Source: Dicyema japonicum
Taxonomy: Eukaryota; Animalia; Dicyemida
Assembly: GCA_011109175.1 (NCBI GenBank)
Contig: RDEW01000012.1
Location: forward strand, 1,032,552 to 1,096,551
DNA length: 64,000 bases
Direction of reading: 5' to 3'
The notes beneath the pieces were generated by a model, which was not told the origin of the DNA, made no database searches, and saw only the letters and a program-made list of their open reading frames with translations. Positions 1 through 10,119 of the stretch are shown here, in pieces (position 1 is the stretch's first letter; every line of letters starts with the position of its first letter). Both the position numbers and the translations under genes were made by a program.

Positions 1-1037
1 GAGAGAAAATGCAACAAATTTGCTACCTCAGAGCCTACGTCAGCAGAAGTCGATGCTTTGAAGGCACTTTGCATTGTCTCCCTCGTGTGGAATATCGAGG
101 ACAACTTCTCTGTTAACCTATTAGACAGGAATACTTCCATTTCCGTTAAAAATATCATCAGTGAGGGTATTTCCTCCACGACCAATCTTCAAGCTTCTAG
201 ATTGTTCTCAAAGATCCCTGAAGGTCATGGAAATTCTTCAATTTGTCACTGCCACGGGATTTTCAGTTTACTTGTGAATGGGTGGGACAACTGTGAGATA
301 ACATATTTGAGTCATTTGAGGATAAACCACTCCAACGACTTGTAAGGCATTTTATGTGCCTGATTTGATCCCTTTTTTATCAGAGGAAGTTAACGGCCTC
401 CAAAGTTGCAGCTTTGATCCACGAATGCATTCCTTCGCTCCCAATGAGTTCTCTCTGCTTTCTCTTATCATTGAGGTTAATTCCACGTTTCTCCACGCTC
501 AAAGGTATTTATATGACTTATTGCAGAGCTCGGAACGCCTTCCTTGCTGCCAGGCATCAAAAAAGGTCTCCACAGATCATAATAATGCACATTTTGTACG
601 AACTCGAGGATCTGAATGCTCTAGTGGTTTGTTTTGTTTACCAACATTTAGTCCTCCCCAACGGATTGGACTCATCAACAGAATACGCAAGTTGTACAAC
701 TATTTTTGTGTTTTGCCTGAGTCTGGGTCATTTCCCCTTATTTGGCGACTTTTTTTGAAGTTTGAGGTAACTTTGATGTTGAATTGTTTAGAATGAGTTT
801 GGTACGAAGAATGACCTTAATTCTGAGTATTTCCGAGGTATTCAGATTTGTCCATGGTGTAAGGTTTGGTTGGTTATTGAGTAAAGAATTTGTGTATGGA
901 TTATTTGGTATTCACCTGGGAATTTGGATGAGGTTGTAAGTGTGATGGTGGATAAGGGAATTCGTGTTAGGGTCCCAATTGAGGAGATTGAATTACTCAT
1001 TGGAATTGAAATGAGGAAAATTGAATTGGACTATTAA
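1..1037 (+). CDS. NRDE2: 3' part of NRDE2 (nuclear exosome/RNAi-defective-2 homolog), 5' end outside window
   Basis: Spliced C-terminus PLIWRLFLKFE|NEFG...YFRGIQICPWCK|NLCMDYL...NLDEVVSVMVDKGIRVRVPIEEIELL matches the NRDE2 end (LWRMYLNF...CPWAK...MTEKELRVRLPLEELELL). Introns 767-791 (25 nt) and 864-886 (23 nt); one apparent indel near 912; stop TAA 1035-1037. Confidence 0.85.
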
Positions 1038-1714
1038 TATGTATTTTATATTTTAAATCTTTTTTATTGTTTTTTGATTTGTCTTTGTATATTAGTTGGT
1101 CTTTGATTATTCAGTCAACTCACAATTGTAACAACATTCTCATTAAAGACAAACAAAGTCGTAGCGATATTTATGGGGAACTACGTTTTATTAAAAATTC
1201 TGCCAGGAGGCCTGGCTTCGTTCGCAGTTTACCCACTCTAGCTTCAAAGCCTAGTATGGAAGTACGTGCCATCCACTCTGGTCCTCACAAGAAAAATTTA
1301 ATCCACTCCACTACCATGCTCGGAAACTGGGGACTGAATGTCTTTAATTAGCTGTTTACTGATAATTTTTTTCAGTTTGTTTGAAATTAATAAAATTAAT
1401 TATTAAATAAGGTTTTGTAAACAATGGCAATAAACCTTACTTTTAACTGAAATGGTATTTTGAATTCGACATTTTTACCCGCATCATTAACAGCCTAAAA
1501 TTAGCACATTGAGTCAACATTGACTTTGTCCATGAGTATTAGAAGTGCGACGAGACCGAACACATCCCAATTATACATACTCCCTTATATCTCTGATTGA
1601 AGATTCTAACCTAGCTAATCCAACAACTATCATCAATGTACTCAATTTTAAGAGTCTCGTTCTTCTTAATAAGGAATGACAAGACTCCCACCTGATTTGC
1701 TCCAAGAGCCTACT

Positions 1715-2030
1715 TTTAAAATTTATTATTGTGAGTCCGAGTATTTCTTAAAATTTGGAGTAGCCTTGATATAGGCATTCCCGTGACGTCTTCCACCTTG
1801 GATAGCCACCGAGTCCTTGGTCGGCCAGGTCTTCTCTTCCCAGTAATATTGCTCAGCATAATGGTTCTTTCCAGTGAATCAAAACGGACAACATGCCCAA
1901 AGAACGCCGATCTGTGTTTTACGATTCTTCCTTCTAGCGAAATGTCAGTCTCTACCAGTTTGAGTTCATCGGTGTTTGTTATTTTGGAAGTCCAAGGATG
2001 CTCTCTACTAGCGTTCTCAATACGACAGAG
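1715..2030 (-). mobile_element. RTE-clade LINE 3' fragment
   Basis: Minus strand reads FFGHVVRFDSLERTIMLSNITGKRRPGRPRTRW, the typical RTE/BovB C-terminal motif. Confidence 0.8.
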
Positions 2031-2165
2031 TTAGTATATGCTTCGGTTTGGACTATAATAAATAATCAAAAATATAAAAAAGAGATATCCTCAAGTTTAT
2101 TTGACTGTCAATATAATAATCCAATTCATTAAGTATATTTAGTAATAAAATGTATGTTAGTTAAT

Positions 2166-3100
2166 TTATATTTGTTTATTATCCGGATCACGCTTTTGCA
2201 AAGCCCAGTCCTGTATAGTCCCCTTAGCAAAAAGTCGTAAAAATAAGGATCCACGAATTCAATAGCCAAAAATATTTAATACTAACTACCATTGAGATGC
2301 TATGTGCTTTAATAGAGGAAACTAATTTACTTGATCTGTGACGATTGAATAGGTAAGTTGCATGCAGCCCAATGAGCCAAATGTGGCCACCATGTTGATT
2401 ATTCCGTGAATAATTCCGGAATATTGAGGAGCGATGTCTGCAGTATTGGGGACACTCACTCAAACTTCAAATCCGCTCAAGAGGGAGGAATTGTAGATTA
2501 GAGAGATTCCATAATAGTATTTATCAGGGGAATTAAAGTCGCTAGGAAAAAGCAAATTGAGGTAGGAAACATCGCTAAATTATTAGAATTAAGTTATAAA
2601 CAGAAAAAATTCACGGATTTCTGATTTTGACGTTGACAAATATTATTCACTAAAATGCTGTCGTATTCCACCAATTTAAAAAATATTTGCTTTAAGTTTA
2701 TAAAATTACAGATGAAATGATGATGAGTTAAAGTCTTTCACACATGAATATGGTAGAAGATAGTGAAATAGAGTGACAATAATAATGCTAATGAGGAGCA
2801 TTTATGTGAGAGCAGCCTTTATTGGAAATTCTAAAAGATCATCGAGATATTTGGACTCTAATTTTAGAAAATAAATCTCTATTAGCATTTGCAGTGATAA
2901 ATTCCCTTTACTTTCGGTTGTCCACCTATTTTTCATTGAGTCGTCTGTATAAAGGAAGTAAAACAAAATAACCCACACAATTCCTAACCCTTTTATAGGC
3001 TTTACACAAGTCCTGGCTGTCGTTTCAAAAGGTAATGTGAATTTTATTAAATAGAATTTTATAGCAGTTGGTTCCCCTAATGATTACTTAAGGATAAAAT
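2166..3100 (-). pseudogene. SLC17 (sialin-like) anion transporter pseudogene, C-terminal half
   Basis: Reads GLGIVWVILFYFLYTDD...; DIAPQYSGIIHGIINMVATFG...; QW*LV...FAKGTIQDWA (sialin: DIAPSYAGILLGITN...FAKGEVQNWA). Several in-frame stops caused by substitutions; one 24-nt intron; 5' boundary approximate. Confidence 0.8.
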
Positions 3101-3909
3101 TCTGTTATGATTGATGAAAGTAAATTTGTGGTCATAAATTTATTGAATAATATATGGACAACAGTAGATCACGTGATTGATATAAAAAAATTCAACATTG
3201 AAAGACAGAACCTGATATTGCTCATTTCAGGCTGAATATATAGAACAAGCTAAGAAACACTGTTTTATATGTTCAAGTGTTATACACAATAATTCCATAA
3301 TTGATCATTGAAAAAAAGGATTTTTTTCAAAAATGTGGGTATCCTAATTACTCCTTTGAAACAAAGATTTCTTCCTAGTGTATCCTTAAAATCGGAATAT
3401 CCCGTAAATTTTTTTAATTAACTCTTAATCCTTTTCGTATTTTATAAAAACATAAATAAGTTAATGTGATGACGTTGTTCACCCACGAAATGTCTTTAGG
3501 TCTTCAAGATTGATGTGACCCCTCGTCCTTAATGTTAACAGATGAAATGATGATGAGTCAACGTCTTACACACAAATATTTTATTTAGAATCGCATTAGC
3601 CCAAATTATGGAATGTTGAGGAGGTACCGTTAGCAGTGAGAAAAAAGAAGGAATCTAATAATATATGTCGTATAACAAGTCGTAAATTCGAGTAATGTAT
3701 GAATGGACAACTAAGGCAGCCATAGAAATCAACCACTAGCGGATATGATTAATGGTCCGTTTAAGATAAGAACAAATCATAAATTGATTCTCTTTTTTTA
3801 TGAGGCAAATTTAATGAAATAAAAGTTATAAAAACATAAATAATTAATTTATCGATAATTTAATGTCAAACAAAAATTGAGATAAATTTTTTTACCCATT
3901 AACAGAAAA

Positions 3910-4944
3910 ATGAGAAAAGTATTAACGCTCTTTAATCTTTAGTTCAGAGTAGCTGTAATAGGAGCACATGGGGGAGTTGGACAATCCACGTGTCTTCTTT
4001 TGAAATGCAACTGCGACTTAATAAGCGAACTCAATTTACTGGATATTGTCGATCCTAAGGGAATTGCCTTAGATTTGTCACATATTCCGAACAAATGCAA
4101 GGTCAGAGGATTCGTGTCCCAGACGAAGTGGAAGAAGGATTAACTGGAGTTGATTTTGTTCTGTTCTGTCTTGAAAAAGGGAAAATCAAAAGACATACAA
4201 GATCAAGTTTATTTTATGGGAATGCCCCCTTGTGGAAGAACATATGAATAGTATTGCCAAATATTGCCCATCAGCCATGGTGGCCTTCATCACGAATCCA
4301 GTAACTCCCATTATTTATGCAGGTTAATTCACTAGTTCCATTGGCTGTCCAAGCGTTAGCCAATAATGGAGTCGACGGGTCCAGAAGAGTGGTAGGAGTT
4401 ACGACTCTAGACCTTATAAGAACAATCTCGTTCGTTTCCGATATGCTAGTTTATTAAAATTGTGACTTTTCAAGGATATCGAACCATCCGAGGTCACAAG
4501 CACTGTTATGGGGGGACATTCCGGTCAGACTATAACAGCAATTATTACGGACGGAAATTTTACAGAGTCAGAAAATGCAGATCTCTGCGAAAAAATCAGA
4601 GATGCCGGATTTGCGGTTTATATTGCCAGAAATAATGTTTTGATGATTATTGACTGGTGTAGGTATCCTCTACATTGGGGATCGCTGCAGCCGGTTTTAG
4701 AATTACGCAATCAATCCTCTCAGGTTTAAACGGTGACCCGAATGTTGTTGATACTGCTTTTGTAAAGTCTAATCTCACCCGAACGTCTTATTTTTCTTCC
4801 CCAGTTCGTTTTGGAAAGGAAGGAGTCGAAGAAATCTTCCCATTACCAAAATTCACTAAATCACAGGAAGAAATGCTGGAAAAGTCACTTCAGTCAATTG
4901 AACAGGAAATTCAAACTGGCCTCGATTATTTCAATAAATCATGA
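3910..4944 (+). CDS. MDH2-type malate/2-hydroxyacid dehydrogenase, copy A
   Basis: VAVIGAHGGVGQ, DLSHI, ITNPVNS, GVTTLD, GGHSG, YFSSPVRFGKEG. Introns 3919-3942, 4301-4322, 4449-4474, 4637-4662. Two 1-nt homopolymer deletions relative to copy B. Confidence 0.9.
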
Positions 4945-5087
4945 AACCACAACTTTTAATTATCAACTAATTACTAAAAATCACATTTTGGTCAAATTAA
5001 TTTATTAATTCATTTTATAACAATGCTATTTATTTTAATATTCTAAAAATTAAGATCACACCCCTTTCAACATTAACCATTTTTTTA

Positions 5088-5222
5088 CCGTGTGCCTCCA
5101 TGTGGTACTGCGTGGCTAATTGGTTAAAATTCTCTGTTTGTTTGTCTGTTCCATCTCTCTCTACCTACTAGAGTGTGTCCAGTGCCAGGCCGGCACGAAA
5201 AAGTATCATTTTCTCTTCCTCG
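5088..5222 (+). mobile_element. SINE-like family copy (internally deleted)
   Basis: Aligns with 25792-25984 and 35095-35292 (atgtggt..cgtggctaattgg; gtgccaggccggcacgaaaaag). Confidence 0.7.
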
Positions 5223-5899
5223 CTCAATATCAATATCGAGGATTATTTAATTAGTCGAAGGTTTGATATTATAGTTTATTATTACACGAGTGACCCGTCA
5301 TCAGTGGACTCTCACTGCGGAACTGGATTGTCTAGAAAGGACCCACACACAAGAAAAAGAAAATAGAAGTGAAGATCATTCCTTGGTTCTACGATTAGTT
5401 AAAATTAACTGTTTTTTATTTAAATAAAGTGTGTGTCCTGCCTATGCGGAGATAATACCACGGCTCCGTGAAAAGGCTGTTATTATTATTATTACCTACT
5501 CTCTGAGAGGGTGTTAAAATGGTAGATGTAGAACTTTATTATTTATTATTCATTTATTAATTCCTAACAATAACAGAAAAGTAACTCTTAAAACTAGACG
5601 CTCACAAAAGTCGCTCAGGGTTATGTGTGTGACCTAAACACGAAAAGACAAAGAATAGTGAAAACTGGATACCCTTTTTCGGTTTATTGGAAATTATTAA
5701 ATAAATATTCATATTAAAAATTAGACTATATTTGTTAGTTAAACACACAAACGAGAAAACTTAACTAATTAATATAATTTGTATTAACTCCATGCGTCAA
5801 AAATTAATACGACTCAGAGTATTTAGTTCCCACCATCACAAAAGTAATGTCCTTCCAATGGCACACTAATCCATCATCCCACAGAAAGGGAAAAAATGT

Positions 5900-6085
5900 C
5901 AAGTATTGCAGTTATTGAAACTCCCACGGTAAATTGGGGGAGAGCAAATAATCTTTTTTATATAACCAAGGCAATGAGCGGTACCTGAGACAAGTGGACC
6001 ACATGACGTTACTCGAGGAGAAAAGGAAGAAAAGAAATAGAAGAATGAAAAATCTTCAACCAAGAGCCACATGACACCAAAGTAA
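5900..6085 (-). mobile_element. SINE-like family copy
   Basis: Reverse complement aligns with the family (gtggctcttggttgaag...cgtcatgtggtccacttgtct...atttgctctccccca). Confidence 0.65.
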
Positions 6086-6821
6086 TGTTCCAAGAAGTTG
6101 GAAATCAGCATCTCAGCTCCAGGGGTATCCAAACCTCAGCTAGGGCGAATCGGAAATCGTCTTGTCATACCAAGTCGAATGCCCTCTCAACAAAACACAT
6201 CTATAAAATAATTTTCATTGAAGCGTTGACAAACTGTGAGACTGAATCTTTCATCAAATTCTTTCCCAACTTTATATATTTCTTAATTAATTTATTAGCA
6301 TTTAATACTCTGTTTGTTTTCTGGAATGCTCAGTTTCAAACCTAAATCATTAATTTTCAAAGTTTTGCATATCCACCTCCGAAAAGCACCATTTGTAGGA
6401 ATCAAGCATTAATTGATCGGAAGGATAATATGGTGACGTTTCTGCCCACGAAATGTCTTTAGGTCCTTAAAATTAATGTGACCCTTCGTCCCCATTTTAA
6501 GTCATCTGATACAAAAAGTTTGAAAAACTGAGTTAGCGTGGACACACAAATGTCTCGATTCGAATCTCGTTAGCCCCAAATTAGAAAAAAACTGAGCAAG
6601 ATAATTCTGCATTGAAAAGGAAAAAGGTATAACCAGTTGTAAAATTTAGTGATGTATGACTGAGCTACTACGTCAGCAATAGAAATCAATCCTTAGGAAA
6701 TCTCCAACCTTTGTCAAACAAAATTAATGAAATAAAAGTTATAAAAACATAAATAATTAATTTAACGATAATTGAATGTCAAACAAAAATTGAGATAAAA
6801 TTTTATACCCATTTAAAGTAA

Positions 6822-7856
6822 ATGAGAAAAGTATTAAAGCTCTTGAATTCTTCGTTTAAGGTAGCTGTAATTGGAGCACATGGGGGAGTTGGACAATCCA
6901 CCAGTCTTCTTTTGAAATGCAACTGCAACTTAATAAGCAAACTCAATTTACTGGATATTGTTGATCCTAAGGGAATTGCCTTAGATTTGTCACATATTCC
7001 AAACAAATGCAAGGTCAGAGGATTCGTTGTCCCAGACGAAGTAGAAGAAGGATTAACCGGAGTTGATTTTGTGCTGTTCTGTCTGGAAAATGGGAAAATC
7101 ACAGGACATACAAGATCAAGTTTATTTTATGGGAATGCCCCCCTTGTGGAAGAACATATGAATAGCATTGCCAAATATTGTCCATCAGCCATGGTGGCCT
7201 TCATCACGAATCCAGTAACTCCCATTATTTATGCAGGTTAATTCATTGGCCCCATTGGCTGTCCAAGCGTTAGCCAATAATGGAGTCGACGGGTCCAGAA
7301 GAGTGGTAGGAGTTACGACTCTAGACCTAATAAGAACAATCTCATTCGTTTCCGATATGCTAGTTTATTAAAATTGTGACTTTTCAAGGATATCGAACCA
7401 TCCGAGGTCACAAGCACTGTTATGGGGGGACATTCCGGTGAGACTATAACAGCAATTATCAGGGACGGAAATTTTAATGAGTCAGAAACTGCAGATCTCT
7501 GCGAAAAAATCAGTGATGCTGGATTTGACGTTTATAGAGCCAGAAATAATGTTTTGGTAATTATTGACTGATGTAGGTGTCCTCGACTTTGGGGATCGCT
7601 GCAGCTGGTTTTAGAATTACGCAGTCGATCCTCTCAGGTCTAAACGGTGACCCGAATGTGGTTGATACTGCTTTTGTAAAGTCTAATCTCACCCGAACGT
7701 CTTATTTTTCTTCCCCAGTTCGTTTTGGAAAGGAAGGAGTCGAAGAAATCTTCCCATTACCAAATTCACTAAATCACAGGAAGAAATGCTGGAAAAGTCA
7801 TTTCAGTATATTGAACAGGAAATTCAAACTGGCCTCGATTATTTCAATAAATCATG
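6822..7856 (+). CDS. MDH2-type malate/2-hydroxyacid dehydrogenase, copy B
   Basis: Tandem paralog of 3910-4944 with shared upstream and 3' flanks. Introns 7215-7236, 7363-7388, 7551-7576; intron 1 acceptor altered; one homopolymer deletion near 7763; stop TGA 7854-7856. Confidence 0.9.
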
Positions 7857-8879
7857 AAACCACAACTTTTAATTATCAGCTAATTACTAAAAATCACATT
7901 TTTGTCAAATTAATTTATTAATTCATTTTATAACAAAACATCTACAGTGGGTAAAATAAGTCACGGCAACCCTTACATAAATTCAAAATTTTACTTTTTT
8001 AACAGAATATAACATATTTCAACTTAATGTAAAATATTTAAGATTTAAATAACTGTTCTCTGTAAAAGTTTAATTTTTTAGTTGATTCACCATTTTTTAT
8101 CGATGTGAATCTCAATTTCTCTGTTTCGTGATTTTTAAGTGGAATAGTCATGGAATATTCTTGTTTTGAACTATTTTTGTTTTATTCGCTCCAACAAGTC
8201 AATTAGTAAATTAATTATTCATTTACATGATTACATTTGCAATTTGTTCTCGTGTAGATTTTATTATGCCAATGTAGAGTACAAAATAACCATGTCCGAA
8301 TTTGAGAACATTCATTAAATCCACGAGCAAATATTACGAGAACATGAAGATGTCAAAGGATATAGAAGGCTTTTGAACACTTTAATTTTCCAATCAGCTC
8401 AATTAGAACATTATTATAAAGATAAATCGATTTGGTAACAGCATTATGCTTGGAAGAGGCTGATATCAGTTATTTTTAAATCTGAGAAAATGGTACATGA
8501 GTTTAAAACAAGGCTTGAAAGACAAAACAGTTGTCTCTGAGAAAAGCTGGAATTTTGTTGGCGAACAGCTAAGAAACACACATATGGCACAGAATTTCTG
8601 CAGGTAAAATACCAAATAGACCCAACTATAGACATTGTGCAGGCTCTAACGAACTCACAAATTAATTATCTCCTGTTTAACATAAAAAAAAACAAAAGTC
8701 TCTATTCAATATTATTTGAATTATTTGAAATGATACATTTGACATACAATCATCGTCTACATGGATTACGAAGAGAGATATTTCACCAAATGCTGAAGCA
8801 TGTTCTTTCTCCGGGATCTTGGTCTAAAGTGCCCACATTGCAATACCTCAAAAACAGTCGATCATATGGCCACGAGGTG

Positions 8880-9345
8880 CAACAGGATACTAATCTCTGA
8901 CTCTCGAAGACGACACAATGAAATAGTCTGATGCATTCACATGCACTTATCCGAGAAATTCGGATTTAAAAAAATCAAAAAAATTGAAGTCGCAGTCTAT
9001 TCAAAGCATAATTAGTATGCTGATATCTAAGTTGATACGACTATTCCAACGGAGTCCAAAGTCCAGTAGAACAAGTCTTACATTTTCTTGTATGATGATA
9101 AAATGAACCAAATATGGCTAGGTTGAAGTGGAAGAACTTCATAAATATGATATTTTTGCGAGCGAATTAGAGATCATATACAAAGCCAAATTGAAAATTC
9201 TCCCCATTGTTCTGGGATGGGATTGTCTCCAGGTTTTTCAGGTCATACTTGAACATCATTGGAATTACGGGTAGCACTCAAGCGTATATCCAAACGATTG
9301 CGCTAAAAAGACCCTAAAGAGCATGACTATCGAATATAGCACGGC
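8880..9345 (+). mobile_element. R4/Dong-like RLE non-LTR retrotransposon 3' remnant
   Basis: RRHNEIV.CIHMHL; VEVEELHKYDIFASELEIIYKAKLKILPIVLGWD; QAYIQTIALK; frameshifted. Confidence 0.75.
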
Positions 9346-9420
9346 TTCGATGAATTAACGATGGGGATCAATATAAAACTAGGAATGGTGAGGAATCCTC
9401 TTATTGGTTACAAGTCGGAA

Positions 9421-9540
9421 AAAAAAACCAAAAATTTGCTCTTTAGCTTAAATGTAATTGCCAAAAAACCAAAAATTTACTCTTTAGCTTAAATGTAAGC
9501 CAAAAAACCAAAAATTTGTTATTTGGCCTAAAAAGTTGCC
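9421..9540 (+). repeat. Three tandem ~40-bp units
   Basis: aaaaaaccaaaaattt(g/a)ctctttagcttaaatgtaa(tt)gcc x3, third copy degenerate; lies directly 3' of the R4-like remnant. Confidence 0.85.
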
Positions 9541-9675
9541 GACTATGGTTTAAGGAAACGCGGGTATTTAAAATTAATTTAGTAATTCAAAATATTTAAA
9601 TTAAAATTAGTTGTATTTTATTTTAAAAATATTGTTTTCAAAAAAATAAATTTTTGAGCGGGATAAATCGTCGTA

Positions 9676-10015
9676 ATGGATTCTAGTTATAGTGGATATG
9701 ATCAAGACACGTTAGCAGATGACACGTAATATAGAATTTAAAATTTAGATTTGAAATAAAAAAAGACTCAAACTCTGGAATAGACGGGAATTTTAACATT
9801 CAAGAACATTTCAGTAAATTTATATCTTATTGGACAAATTCATTTCAGTTAGATTAAGTTTCAAAAACTGTAGAAAAAGGATCGAATTGGAGTCACAATG
9901 TTCTTCATCGTTGGAAGAACTATTAGAAGATGCATCCAAACACGAAAAAATGATAGCCATTGAAAAGCAAAAAACGCTGGAAAAGTTGACCAACATCACC
10001 TCGTTGCTCGAGTAG
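9676..10015 (+). CDS. TEX12: TEX12-like synaptonemal complex central element protein, 96 aa
   Basis: Clean 3-exon model (introns 9726-9748, 9848-9873). FISYWTNSFQKRIELESQCSSSLEELLEDASKHEKMIAIEKQKTLEKLTNITSLL aligns without gaps to the remembered TEX12 core [55 protein letters not shown]. Confidence 0.6.
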
Positions 10016-10119
10016 CTTCATTATTAGCGTTAATTGTTTTTGTTTAATTTTCCTTTACTAGTTCTTTCGATTAACACAATAATAATCTCGAGTGACCTCA
10101 ATAATAAAAAATATTCATT

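Noticed and set aside
2166-2470. Stop-codon reassignment suggested by in-frame TGA/TAG in the SLC17-like sequence
   Set aside because: TAA, TGA and TAG all serve as terminators of conserved or clean genes in the window, and those genes have no internal stops from substitutions.
8292-8640. Possible SF3A3-like gene remnant
   Set aside because: Similarity is limited to a few residues among multiple stops.
9421-9540. CRISPR-like array here or at 14308-14405
   Set aside because: Head-to-tail units without unique spacers, eukaryotic context, no cas genes.
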